NCBI GenBank assembly: GCA_024704765.1
Contig: JAKMXF010000303.1
Coordinates: 391,897 to 455,896, forward strand
DNA length: 64,000 nt
Origin: Oopsacas minuta
Lineage: Eukaryota > Animalia > Porifera
Direction: 5' to 3'
Below the pieces are notes generated by a model. The model was given only the letters and a program-made list of their open reading frames with translations, had not been told where the DNA came from and made no database searches. Of the stretch, positions 22,701-37,700 are shown in pieces. The first letter of the stretch is position 1; each line of letters opens with the position of its first letter. Made by a program: the position numbers and the translations under genes.

Positions 22701-25700
22701 GAAAGATAACCATTCAGAGCTGCTAGACAGACGTTGTGTTGTAGATAGAGTATATTGATCTCCTGGATAGTTAGAAGTTGCGGTATCAGGAAATAATTCC
22801 CAATCTACACTCACTGCAGCATTAAGACCATCTTTCCTATCAATAACTATCTGAATTAAATCTGAATCTTCTTCAACTAAGCCATAATTCAAGCTAATCT
22901 GACCATCTGGTTGCAGCAAGTATGCCTGAAATCTACCGTAAGGATTGTCACTCTCACTTACATGTACTTCTACACTTGTTCTATTTCCAAGAAGAGTTCC
23001 CTCCGGAGAGACAGGAGGTAGAATCTCTACAACAAACTGCTCCACTAACTCAGCTATTCCATCTGCTACTATATCCAGTACAAGATTACCAGTAGTCTGT
23101 CCGTCCTGGAATAATACCTGTCCTACAGCTGGAGCTAGATCAGCTGGTAATATCGTGGGTAACACGCGGTACTGTAGCATTACTTCTCCAAGAGACGAGA
23201 AGGTCCTGAGTATTGGTATCTGCAAGATAGTACCCTCAAGTAGTAGGGATACCTCTGGGAATGTTGGGTCAATCGAGAATACACCCCTCCCTAAATCAGA
23301 TCCGAGGATAATTATAGTGAGAGTAGAATTCTCCCCCCGGATAACTCCAGAAGGAAGTTCCTCAGTCAATCCAATGTTTATAACCTCTCTGCTCTCTGCT
23401 AATTCATCTTCTAGAATCTCAACCTCAATCTCTCTGCTACCCAGCTCACCATCACTCCATGACAAAGACACAGATTGAAATAGATAGTCTATGTCTCTGG
23501 TAGCAAGAGGAAGACTGTTCGGCATGCCTGTGATCTCAACACGACAGCTGGCAGGCCCGAAGCTACCCCCAACCCGTGCTACCGTAACATTGAGTACCCC
23601 GGCATTCTCTTGTACTTCTAAACTTCCGAATAAGAATTGTAGGATTCCTTGTGGTCCGTCGTTCTGAGGAATATATATCTCAGCGAGATTTTTCTCCCCT
23701 AAAGTGGGTGGCTTCAGGGCTGCAGGATCGGTATTAGGAGGATCTGTCAGTTCTACGCTTACTAATTTCAAAATAAACACTTCCGCGAATTCTGGTACAT
23801 TATCATCAACAACAGTTAGAGGGAGTATGAGTGAGGTAACACCATCAGGGATAATTAGTGATTGAACTCCGGCTGTTATATCGGATTGAGAGGACAGAGA
23901 TCTCTGTTCAGGTCCCACTACCGGATTCAGAGATGTCAGATTTCCTATTTCTGATTCATAATATAACCTGAGATCACCAAGTACACCAAACATCCTTGAT
24001 ACGAGTATTGTAGAAGTAGTCCCTTCACCTAGTGTATATACTACCTGACTAGAAGTCAGCTCCACGACTCCATGAGGCATATCAGATTCCGCTAGCGTAA
24101 TGACAGCAGACAGGAGAGAGGTGTCAGGATCTAGGATAGCTCCTCCTGTCTGTGCTATATCAACAGAAGTAACCCCTGTAATATTGAGAATATATACTTG
24201 TGGAGTCTCAGGTAGTGCGTCATCTCTAGGTAACAAGTAAATAAAGGTGTAAGCTAGACCATCTTCAAACAGGGCAGTCCCACTCGTATTCGTAAATTCC
24301 TCCTCAACTCTGTACCCTGTGAGTACCCATGTGACCAATGCTTGTCCAGCTGATCCAACTTTCCGTATAATCTGAATAGGATTAGATCTGTCTTCCTCTA
24401 CTACTGAGTTCAGTGATTCTATAGCAAAGCTTATTATACCTCCTCCGTTATCATTAGCATCTATCTGAACAGTCACACTAGAACCTATTCCCTTTATTAT
24501 CTCTGCTCCCCCTGTCGGTTCATCCAACTGGATTATTATAGTCTCATCTCCCTCAGCTGTTAGAATGGATAGTATGAAATATGTATAGTGCATTCAAATT
24601 AAGAAATTCTTATACAGTACGTCCTCGCTAATCCGAACAGCACTGTTCTAATTGCAAAATGCATTGAAACAATCCTATAGGATCTAGGAGTACAATTTTT
24701 CGAAAATTGTATAAATGATGATAAGGCTGACAAAATGTGTAATATAGTGTATTAAGTATTTCTCCGCAGTAGAATTGGATATAATTTTGTTTTTTTTATT
24801 TTAGAACATTTCCAAAGGTTGTATAACCTGTTGGGATTAGCGAGGGCCTACTGTATAATTATTTACTAACCAATATTATCTTCTTCAATAAAGAAAGATA
24901 ACGGTTTCTGGTCTTCTCCAGGATTGAAGACGAATGTAGCTTCTGCTAGAGCAAAGTCTAGCACGGAGGTAGCACTACCAACTAAACTGTAGTGAACGGA
25001 TACAGTCCCAAATGTCCCATGATCTCTGTATATCGTCCCTATAATAAGATCTGTATAATTCTCCTTGATAACCAGTGAGTGTATGTCGCCAGCAAGAGAT
25101 ACTCTGAATAATCCATTAGGATAGTCAGAGCGAGCAATCTCAATGCTAGCTTCCACCACATCTCCAAAGCTAGGGATATTCATAGGATTTGTTACAGACA
25201 TGTTCAGTAGAGATAGACCAGTGAGGGTAACTCTGAACAGCTCTCCTAGCTCAGGTACATTATCTGCGACAATTTGTACCTATAGAACATAGTATAATAT
25301 GATAGATGAAGTACAGTAGAACTCGGATAAGATGTACTAAATTTTATTTGCTAAGGAGGTACAGCTTATCCGTGTTAAACTGTAAAATAAAGATTTACAT
25401 TAATTAAGTACTTGTACACCGTATAAAATCAACAACAAATAATATGGTAGATAGGGGAATATCTTCTCGGTTTCAAAATATATTAAGATAGGATTGGAAT
25501 AAACTATAAAAACATACGTATACAGTGGCTAGTTTAACATGGCTAAACCCCTTTTTAAATGATTACATTTTGCAAATAGTTCAAATGCAAACAAAGAGCC
25601 ACTGCAACAAAACAAATTGTAAGCTACATACTCTGGGACAACACTCTGTATTTAATAATATAAGCAAGTGCTCTTCTAAATAAATGGTCATTCTACAGAC

Positions 25701-28700
25701 ATGGACCTAAGGCTTGATATTTAAGAATACAGCTACAATCAAACTACGGCTACCGATACGACTGGCGAAAAGCGGCCGCTATGTGCAGGATGACCATTAC
25801 ACATAGGTAGCCGTTAAGCAGTGCGACTGTAGCAATGTATATTGTCTTATTCTCGACTTTAGTTTTATCTACTACAGCCTCAGTACTGCTTTGAATGAAT
25901 AATGACAACAGTGTATGCATGGTGGTATAGCATACTGTAGTATTAGTAGTCTTTAATAAGCTACCAAAATAGTAGCATGAAGTGGACTACTATCCAGAAT
26001 ACGGCACTGAGTACGGTTCTCTTACAACGTACATTATAAACGTATAAACATGAGAATAATTGTGAGACTTTTGTATACAATGCTCTTTCCTATGAAAAGT
26101 CAATATTATTAGTAAATTATTCATGAGTACTATACTATATTGCAAAAGAAAGTGTGTATGAAATGAAATATACTTATAAGATGTATTTGCTAGGTTCCTA
26201 AAAATAGTTATAATAAATAGTAATTGTGTCATACAAACGAATAGAATTGTATGTAGAAAGATGGGAATACTTGAGAAGATCAAGGAAATAGAGCAGGAAA
26301 TTGCTCGAACACAGAAAAATAAAGCTACAGAATATCATCTGGGATTACTGAAAGCTAAACTCGCAAAATACCGTGCTCAGCTGTTGGAACCACAAGGGGG
26401 TAAGGGTGCTGGAAAGGGGGAGGGATTCGATGTTATGAAATCAGGAGACGCAAGAGTAGCTCTCATCGGATTCCCTTCTGTAGGCAAGAGTACTCTACTG
26501 AGCATGATAACACAGACTAGCAGTGAGGCTGGTTCTTACGACTTCACAACACTAACATGTATTCCAGGTGTTATCAGGTGAATAATACTACTGAGTATAC
26601 TGTAATCGTACATTCCATGTACCCCACTGACTATATAATGATGTGGTAACATCTCAGTTTAGTAAATATTTTTATCTATATTTGGCAAGGCAATTTTTAG
26701 GTTCTATTAACTAAATTTTTACAAAGAATATAATCCGCGATATTAATAAAATCGATTCTAAAGATATTTTAACGATCCTTTCGAAATAGCTTTGTTAATT
26801 TAACAGTGGTTATCATCTCACATATGGCAAATGAACATGTTGAATAGAGTATAAGACATTTCACTAATATGCTATGTATATTCCTGTTAATACTGTATGC
26901 GTATTTGAGTGCAATCAACTTGTTTGTAGATACAACGAAGCGAATATCCAGTTGCTAGATCTCCCTGGTATTATTGAGGGGGCAGCACAGGGGAAGGGTC
27001 GTGGCAGACAAGTGATAGCAGTAGCTCGTACAGCTGATCTAGTCCTAATGATGTTAGATTCAGGCAAAGGAGAGATTCAGAAAGAACTGTTAACAGCTGA
27101 GTTAGAACAGGTAGGGATCAGGCTGAACAAGGGACCACCTAACATATATTTCAAGAGGAAGAAGGCAGGGGGACTGGGATTCACTGCTACTTGTCCTCTT
27201 ACACATCTAAGTGAGAAGTTGGTACAGCTCATACTTCATGAGTATAAGATATTCAATGCTGAGGTATGTAATAGAAATACTACGCCAAAAGGGAACATAG
27301 GCCTGAAAATAGGGCTCTTCAAACACTGGTCTAGGAGACCATAAATTGCATAATTTCTATGGAAATTGATCCTAGGCTAAAAATTTTGGGCATATTAGGA
27401 GCCAATATTCCATACTGCAGTGAGTTTCGACAGATTTTTATAGATTAGTGTTTGATCAATTTTTTGTGCCTCAGAACAGATTTCCATTAACAATTGGTCC
27501 GCTGACCAAAATTCAGAGGACCTTTTCGTGAATTATTAAATTGAATAATCTACTAGTAGTAAGTAGTAACATAATCATAAATACACAAGTAACATGAGTG
27601 TACTTATGTGTCAGGTATTAGTGAGAGATGATTGTACAGCAGATGACCTAATAGACGTAATACAGGGTAACAGAGTATACATGAAGTGTCTATACGTATT
27701 CAACAAGATAGACACCATCTGTCTAGAAGACGTAGACAGACTGGCTAGACAACAAGAGAGCGTGGTGATAAGTTGTGGACTACAACTCAACATGGATTAT
27801 CTATTAGAGCTGCTATGGGATAAACTCTCACTCATGCGGATATACACTAAGAAACGTGGTCAGCCACCTGATTTCACTGACCCTCTGATCCTGAGGAGTG
27901 GAGCTACAGTAGAGCACGTGTGTCATGCTATTCATAGGACAATAGCAGATACCTTCAGATACGCATTGGTGTGGGGTATATCTACTAAGTATAGCCCGCA
28001 GAGGGTGGGGAAAGCACATGTAGTCAGTGATGAAGATGTTCTGCAAATTGTTAAGAAGTGAACAAGTTGGTTATAAGCGAGATCTTATGTGAGCAAATAT
28101 ATTAATTAGTTTATATTATCAATCTTTTAAGTAAATAAATAGTATAGTGTATATGAATATCATAGGTAAAGGAATTAGAAATGAATTACTTCGCAAACAA
28201 ATGAATACAATTTGTAAATTAGAATAACATACATGCAGCGAAGATAAAACAGTAGACTCCGCTTAATAGTAAAGGTGTTGGCCCGATTAACCGACATACT
28301 TTATTCCACTCAATAGGGTCAAATAGCCTGGTCCCGATGTGACCCTTTTAAACGGAGTCTACTGTATCCAAATTGCATAGATTTCCACTACACGATTATA
28401 ATTATTAAAAATCTCAATTGTTGTTTGTTTGTTTGTTTGTTTGTCTGTTGACAAGGAAAGGATTTACGGTATGCAATTTTGAAATTGTCACATAACTATG
28501 TATTATCGTGTTTATCAAAGAAGTGAATAGAATTCAATAAAACTTCACTAAATATATCAAACATACGAATCCGATTTTCACACTTTTGGATTAATCATAT
28601 GTAAATTTATTGTTGTTTTTATGAAAATAAAACAAATTTCAAAATTGAGGTAGAATCACACTTTCAAAGGCTATACAGGAGTAATCGAGTATGCCGAGTC

Positions 28701-31700
28701 CGAATATAGTATTGTAAACAATATATTGTGAATATTTGTTTACTTTTAGGTACATAAAATAAACAAATTTCAATATTGTTGTAGAATCATACTTTCAACG
28801 ATTGTACCGGCATACTTGAGTATGCTGAGTCTGAATATTGTAAACAACATCAATATCATTAAATCTCAATTGTTGTTTGTCTGTTTGTTGACCGTTGAAA
28901 ACCTCGAGGCGCAATGTGCCGAGTTCATCGCGAAGCGACGAGCCAAAGACTCGTATTTATAAAAATTGGTTCTGATTATCTATTATTATGCGAATATAAT
29001 TTTTATAGGAAGAATGGGAAAGCAGTGCAAGTAGAGCTAAACTATTTAATTAATTATAAATAAACATTTAATTGTTAAATAAAACATCATTCGAGATAAT
29101 TTGATTTGTTTCAAATAAAAGGCATTCTAGCAACTCCTACCCTACAGCATGGAACAAAGCGAAAGTGAAGCTAAACTAACAGAAGCTAAGTCTATAATAG
29201 GAATAGTTATAGAAGCAGCTAGAGAGAGACTCAGAGAGGTTAGCAATAAGATATGGGAGAACCCAGAAATAGCAATGGAGGAAGTAAAGGCACATTTTCT
29301 TTTAACAAATTTCTTAGAAAAAGAAGGATTTGAAGTAGAGAGATCATTTGTATTGAAGACAGCATTCAGAGCTACATTCTACACTCCAGCTAGTAAGACT
29401 GATGCTACAGCTGTCAACGCTTGTATAGTGTGTGAGTATGATGCATTACCCGAAATAGGACATGCTTGTGGACACAATCTCATAGCAGAAGCAGGACTAG
29501 CTGCTGCTATTGGTATCAAAGCAGTGATGGAGAAGTATCCAGATCTCAAACTCAAGTTAACTGTCATGGGTATGTAGACGTTTATACTATAATGAGCAAA
29601 TTATACTTTAGTAAAGTGGCCCAGTGCTAAATTGACTGCGTTCGTAACTAGCAATGCGGATAACCAATGTATAGCTTAACATACTTAATATTCGTGAGGT
29701 GGCGGGCAAATACTGATTAATTAATAAGCTATTCACTCTTTACAAAGGTACCCCAGCTGAAGAAGGTGGAGGCGGCAAGATCCACTTGATAAGAGGAGGA
29801 GCATTCAAAGGTGTTGACTTTGCTATGATGGTTCATCCGTTTCCATTCAATGCAATATACCCTAATGTGCTAAGTGTAGTCCGGATTAATATCGTGTACA
29901 AAGGTAAATCAGCTCATGCAGCAGCATTCCCATGGGAGGGAGTGAATGCTTTGGATGCAGCAGTGAGTGGATACACATCTGTGTCTCATATGCGACAGCA
30001 ATTGAAGCCTGCATGGCGAGTTCATGGTATTATTACCAATGGAGGAATAAAACCGAATATAATACCGGAAATAGCAGCAATGAACTATTATTTGCGAGCA
30101 CCGAACAACCTGGAGGTGGAAGAGCTCAGGCATAAAATTTGTGGGTGTCTTCAGGTAAATATACTCTCGTTTATGATACGTAATTCCGAGTACATCTGAT
30201 TAGAGGACAAGTACTATGTGAAATATCAATTGCATACATGGACTAATAATTTTTAGTAAATACATAAGGAAATAAGGATAGAAGTATGAACATAGACCGT
30301 TCCTGATCATAGAACTTCAACTTTACCAAAGAAATGACATAATATCACTGTAGTAACATTGTGGCCAAGTTTGATCATATGACCATAAGTTGAGAAACCC
30401 TTCTATCTATTATATAACCGTTGAGAGCTAATCTTTCACTAAGATAAAAATAAATTTTACAAATAGTTACCAGTACTGGTTACGTGAAAATACTTAATTA
30501 GTACACAAGGATAAACGTAATGATTATCTAAACTAGGCAGGAGCTACAGCTACAGGATGCACAGTAGAGATTTTGGAAAATGATATTCCTTATTCTAATA
30601 TGAAGTCTAATTCAATCCTGGGAGAGTTATACCGTAGTAATGTAATGCCGGGGATAAAGTACGGAGACATAGAGTCAGATAGGAATACACCTAGCTTCTC
30701 TACAGACATGGGGGATCTGTCTTATCAAGTTCCTAGCATACATCCTACCTATTCTATCAATACTAACTATCCTAATCACACCAGTGGATTCACTGATGAT
30801 GCCAACACGTCTGAATCTCACGAGCTTACTCTGAAAGCAGGTGTGTGTATGGCTCGTACAGCTGTTGAGGTAGTGTTCAAGCCAGGAGTATTAGAGCAGA
30901 TTAAACAAGAGTTCAGTAAACAGTAATTAGATAATACGTACAAATATTATTAATTGATTAGTCATTATACTTATATACTCGTATAACTGTTAATAATGTC
31001 TAGTGGTAATAACCAGGCGGAAGTTCCTATTGGAAGGGTGAGTAAGGATAATCAGACAATTGAGCTATGTAAATGTATTGTCATGAAACAGGATCGGGAA
31101 CACACAATGCAAAACCAAGTATTTGATCGGGTATTCAAATTTAGACAAAATAAGAGCAATTAGAGCTCGGTACATTGTTCGAGGAGCGTGGAGCAAGGGC
31201 ATAAAACAATTTCCTACAGAAATAAATAATTAGCAACTCCTACAGCATGGAACAAAGCGAAAGTGAAGCTAAACTAACAGAAGCTAAGTCTATAATAGGA
31301 ATAGTTATAGAAGCAGCTAGAGAGAGACTCAGAGAGGTTAGCAATAAGATATGGGAGAACCCAGAAATAGCAATGGAGGAAGTAAAGGCACATTTTCTTT
31401 TAACAAATTTCTTAGAAAAAGAAGGATTTGAAGTAGAGAGATCATTTGTATTGAAGACAGCATTCAGAGCTACATTCTACACTCCAGCTAGTAAGACTGA
31501 TGCTACAGCTGTCAACGCTTGTATAGTGTGTGAGTATGATGCATTACCCGAAATAGGACATGCTTGTGGACACAATCTCATAGCAGAAGCAGGACTAGCT
31601 GCTGCTATTGGTATCAAAGCAGTGATGGAGAAGTATCCAGATCTCAAACTCAAGTTAACTGTCATGGGTATGTATTCTCCATATTTAATTTGTGCACAGT

Positions 31701-34700
31701 ACATTTCTTTCGCTAGTTGCTTGGTGATGTGAAGCAACTGAACAACAACCACTCAGCGGATTCGTTTTAAAATGACCAGAATGTATCCCATCGTTCTGCG
31801 GGCAGAATTTGTGATATATATTAATTTATTCGATTTCACTTACAAGACAGGGTCCAGGGAGAATTAGGTTCCCAGTGTTGAAACTAGAGGATAACTAGTG
31901 GACTGATCTTCAGAGAGAGAGAGAGGATCGATCCACCAGTTATCCTCTAATGATATTCACTTCTTACTAAATATAGGTACTCCAGCTGAAGAAGAAGGAT
32001 CAGGCAAGATCCACTTGATAAGAGGAGGAGCATTCAAGGGTGTTGACTTTGCTATGATGGTCCATCCGTTTCCATTCAATGCAATATACCCTAATGTATT
32101 GAGTATAGTACAAATAGATATCGTGTACAAAGGTAAATCAGCTCATGCAGCAGCATTCCCATGGGAGGGAGTGAATGCTTTGGATGCAGCAGTGAGTGGA
32201 TACACATCTGTGTCTCATATGCGACAGCAATTGAAGCCTGCATGGCGAGTTCATGGTATTATTACCAACGGAGGAATAAAACCTAATATAATACCGGAAA
32301 AGGCAGAACTCACCTATGATCTACGAGCACCAAACAATTTAGAAATGGAAGAGCTCAGGAATAAAATTCATGGATGTCTTCAGGTAAATGTAAAAGATCT
32401 CTCGTTATATGCCAGGAATAATATACGTACATCTTCGGATTCAAACAACTTTAATTTGGATGATAATTTTCTGAGAAACAGACAGACAACAAATGAGATT
32501 TAATAATAAAAATTAGATACGGATTAAGTACTCTACGCTTATGATACCGAATATGCGAGGCAAATTAATATTTTCGAAAAAAATTCATTTATTCGATCTT
32601 TTAAACTGTTGTTCCTAACCTTTTTGCTCCGTTAACCCTCTATTGATTCTTCCTTTTGTAATCTCCAATTAAAAGCCCGAAATTGGGAAACACGACCTTA
32701 GAGTATAAACGTAATGATTATCTAAACTAGGCAGGAGCTACAGCTACAGGATGTACTGTAGAGATTTTGGAAAAAGAGATTCCTTGCTCAAATATGAAGT
32801 CTAATTCAATCCTGGGAGAGTTATACCGTAGTAATGTAATGCCGGGGATAAAGTACGGAGACATAGAGTCAGATAGGAATACACCTAGCTTCTCTACAGA
32901 CATGGGGGATCTGTCTTATCAAGTTCCTAGCATACATCCTACCTATTCTATCAATACTAACTATCCTAATCACACCAGTGGATTCACTGATGATGCCAAC
33001 ACGTCTGAATCTCACGAGCTTACTCTGAAAGCAGGTGTGTGTATGGCTCGTACAGCTGTTGAGGTAGTGTTCAAGCCAGGAGTATTAGAGCAGATTAAAC
33101 AAGAGTTCAGTAAACAGTAATTAGATAAACTTGACTATATTAGATTAGTTATTATACTTATACGTTATATGTGCTTAATAATATTATACCTCTATATATC
33201 CAGTATCTTCACCATCCTGAATAATAATATCAGCCCCTGTAGTACCAACATAATCTCCCCCATCAGAAGCAATAGATAACATTAGTGGATCTGTCAGCTC
33301 TCTGATCTTCTCGTAATAACTACGTGAACTAGGTAAGGTTGTGGTTTGTGAGCTAATTACGTTGTAGAGGATACAGCTGGTAGTTGAGTGAGACAGAGCT
33401 GCACAACTGTATGACGCTATACAGAGACGAGCACACTCTCTGAATGGCATAGAACTTCCACTGATGTCACTCTCCTGCAAAACATCCTGTGACCCTGTCA
33501 GCACTAGGGACTGAGGGCCTGTGAAGTAGTAGCTCTCTGTAATACTGAGATCTGCAAATGCTAGGTCGATAATGTTCAGTTGTGTAGTGTTGTAAGTAAT
33601 CTATAAGATTAATACAAATTAGGTGGTGTTTTATTATTAGCAATAATTTGTGCAAACGAATGCTTTTATTCCAATTAATGTTATTCATCAAACCTAAGTT
33701 ACAATATTTAACGAATAAAGTAAATATACATACCTGTAGGTCTCCAAGATTCCCAAATTCTCGCTTAAGTGCAATCCTAGCAAGATAAGGCTGTTCTTCT
33801 TCTGGAATAATAAAATGAGTAGAGTTAAGAGACACGATTCCATGAGGTGCATCATTAGGAAGAATATTGATAGTAGCAATGCTAGCATCTCCTGCTCTAG
33901 CTCCTCCCGTTACGCTAGCAATCATTACCTCTACTGCTTCTAAGCCTTCTGGGATTGTGTCTGGTAATATCTATTGGGATATGAATGTATATAATTTATA
34001 TACAACATCACTATCAATCCAGTTATTAATCTGGAAAGTTTGAATACAAATCCATTCTAATAGCTAACGTAAGATATAAGATTAGTTCTACCTGAATTGA
34101 GAAGGTATTTGTTCTCTCCTGGGTCTGAAATAGCTCCTCTCCACTAGTAATAGATATGTCAGCAGCAGCTGACAAGCCCCCTCTTATCATTGCTTCCCAG
34201 GTAATACGTACAACTCCTTCAGCCCCTTCATATCTCTCCAGCACCAGGGATACGGATAGGGGGATGGACTGAGGCTCTTCAACTTCAATGGACCTAGTCT
34301 CAATAGAGAACCCGAACACACCATGAATGTCATCATTTTCAGAAATAGTCACAACAGTAGAGAAGTTAGTACTAGCTATACTAGCTCCGCCTGTGAGGGA
34401 GTAAAGCATAAAGTTATGTATATTTAACTGTTAAGAAATACAGTGAACTCAGATAAGATGTATCCCTTGTGAAAACAAATATTAATACGTTCAATCCCTA
34501 TAGGGATTGAATTAAAATGAATGGAACTACATTTTTGGTTTGAAAAAAGTAATTATACGTCTTCTCCGAGTTCTACTGTACGTGTACACATACCACTGGG
34601 AGAAGTGAGTGAGACAGTAAACGTCTCATCAAACTCAGGATTGAGATCATCTGCTACAGTGAGTGGGAGTGCTGCTAGACTTGTTCCTTCTGTGAATGTC

Positions 34701-37700
34701 ACCTGTCCGTTGAGTGATGAGAGATCGTTGAGAGCAGCTGTCACAAGAGTGACAGTATATCTGACAGCAACTGTACCAAATAACCCAGCACTTCTCCGTA
34801 CGAATAAGAAGTTGCTAGCAGGCTCAGGCACTGTAAACTGGGTGGAAGTGAATGAGAATATTCCTCTCGCGTCATCATTTTCTGAAATAGTTATCTCACT
34901 TATTGAAGCAGCTCCACTGTCGATCTGTAATCAAATAACAATTATTAAATCCTTGTACTCGTGAATATGATAATAAATCTCCAGTACAGTTATTGGTTAT
35001 TACCGTAGGTATAGCCATTCCTGGCTGTGGAGCAGATAGGAGCTCAGCTGATATCAGCAATACATCAAACCTTTCATCAGCTTCAGGGACTGTGTCATGT
35101 AGTACTGTTATATCTATCATGCGAGTTGTAATTCCACTCGTAAAGTCAACATAAGCTGTATCAATTTGAGTATAGTCCTGATCAGGAGTAGCAGGATTTA
35201 GAGTAGGTATTGAGGTAGAGTAGTTTACACGGATATCTCCAGTAGTACCGAACTGTCTGTTAATCGTAAGTGAAAAAGTATTTCCTTCTTCTACTGTCAC
35301 ACTTCTCTGTCCAAGAGGGAAATTGAACAATCCATGAGGATAGTCACTAGCCTAGGTGAAGGCAATGAGAGATTTATAGGAATCAAAATACACTACCCAT
35401 GCAGTAGATACATCATATCCATAGGTATAAGAACATTAGGACAGAATATATAATTACTATTTGTAATACGTAATTAATATTTCGTGACGTAATTTAATCC
35501 CATCTGAGGTGAGAGGGTTGTAAGCCCCAAGTGTGGTCAGAGGATATGCCTGGAAGCCTGGAGCAATTTGTGATATAATATAATCAGCCTAGAATAGTCT
35601 TATTATAGTAGACTCCGCTTAATAGAGCCATCGGTTAATCGGGTCACTTCACTAAAAACAGAACCATACAAATAATAGTGTTGAATTACTCCGCCGCTTA
35701 ATCGGGTCAAAATAGCCTGGTGCCAATGCGACTGTATCTGTTTTTTCTTGTTAGTTAGGGCCGTCACCCCATCACCTCACGTATTACTGCAGGGGAGGAT
35801 GCTCGACACCACTACTACCATAACTAATCAGCTGTTCTTACCTGTATACTAATCATAACTTGTGTGTCTCCTAGAGAAGAGAGTCTAGCACCACCTGTCA
35901 CATTGATAATCTCTACTTTAAACATCTCTAAGAACTCAGATATTTGATCTTGAATAATACTGAAATCTATTTCTCCATTATCAACACCGTCTGCGAAATA
36001 CACAATGCCACTAGACGGAGATATGTCAGTGGGTCCATTAGACCCAGTCAGTGACCAATACAATGTAACGTCACCCAGTAATCCCCCTGTCCGCTGTAGA
36101 TATAAAGTAGTACTCACATCATCCTCACTAACCACTCTACTCAGAGAATCAGACCTGAAGGAGAACACTCCGAATGCATCATCACTTGTTGCTATCGTAA
36201 CATTTATGATATATCCTATCCCGAGAGAGGGTTTACCAGAGAGTCCCGTGGGATTAGATAGTATTACTTGGAAGGATTCTTCTAGCTCAGGAATAGCATC
36301 ATCTACTAGTGTAATGGTGAGATATTGACTACGTTGTCCTTGTGAGAATGTTAGTGATCCTGCTGTGTTGATGTAGTCTCTGTCTGACCCGATTCCAAAC
36401 GCGTCCAAACTACTGGTGAAGTATTCTACGCTAACCTGACCAACTGTACCCTGGAGAGTATACAATATATAATGAGTTAGGTTGTGGATAATCGTGTACC
36501 CTATGTTTATATGTTATTCGTTTTTGCAAAAATTGGATGAGAAAATATACTACACATAAATCCGATATAAACTGATTAAGTACGCGAATGGTGCGGAATG
36601 TGCGGAAAAGTAAAATCTTGAATATCACCAACTAATTTCTATCATAGCTACCAGATTAAATAAAGTTTAGGGCAACCTACCTGTGCTCGTACAACTTGTA
36701 GAGAGATATTGACAGTCTCCTCACTAACAGTTATGACAGGTTGCTCTGTAGCAGCTTCTATGAACTGATTATCTTGTGCAGGAACTCCTGATGTATCAAA
36801 CTGAAACAGACCGTATGGAGAATCATTCTCCTCTATCCTCAGACTAATGTTCTGTTCTGGAGGTGTGTTGATGTAGTAAGCAGATATAGGAGTGCTGGGG
36901 GTGGTTCCATCCTCTCCGGACAAACCTGTGATACAATGAACATTTCAATAAACTTATCAACCTCAGCATATATTTGGCTGTGTTAGTTTAATGGACTTTT
37001 AGCCATAAGTATTACTTATCAAGGTATAGCCTATGACCAAGGCTAATCTGAAGTACCAATGTAATTAGATAACGAAGATTTGTGGATTCAATTATTTTTT
37101 GAAAAATCAAACAGTTGGCATAAGCGAAGTCAATAAGGCTCGGATAAAGTCCAGGACGGCGGAGAACCATATATTGAGTATGAGCTGAGAGTATGAGATA
37201 TAGAGAAATAAGTATAGTAGACACATAATTCAATGTATTCAGAAACCTGTTAGCGTAACAACAAAGATCTCAGCAAGTTCAGGCAGCTCATCATCTACTG
37301 GAGTGAGTATAAGATTAGCTAAGGACTCTCCATCTGATAGAAGTACACGTCCAGTAGCTTCAGTGAAGTCTAGTGTGGCTAGAGTTAAGCCGTCAGATTG
37401 GTAAACTGACCAGTGGACATACACACCTCCCTGACTAGAGAAGGAGCGTGAGATTACTATAGAAGCTGTATTTGACTCGTCTTCTAAGCTAACGGGCTGG
37501 AGAGATTGGAACTCGAAAATTCCTACCAAATAAGTTGAATAGTAATAATTGCTAAATACATAGTTTTATAAATATCAAAGGTTGATATATGTAACTAACC
37601 ATTGCCTGTGTCACTGGCTAGAATGTTAAAATTAGCAGATCTTTCTATTGGTAGGAATCTACCAAATCCCTTCAGATTGAGAATAGTGGGGTGTGTCACT

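Noticed and set aside
22945-23478. Plus-strand ORFs antisense to ADGRV1 exons (also 2673, 3103, 8672, 12747, 13092, 34521, 36005, 37602, 41169, 42684, 43167, 46612, 53912)
   Set aside because: Shadow ORFs of real minus-strand exons, with no domains.
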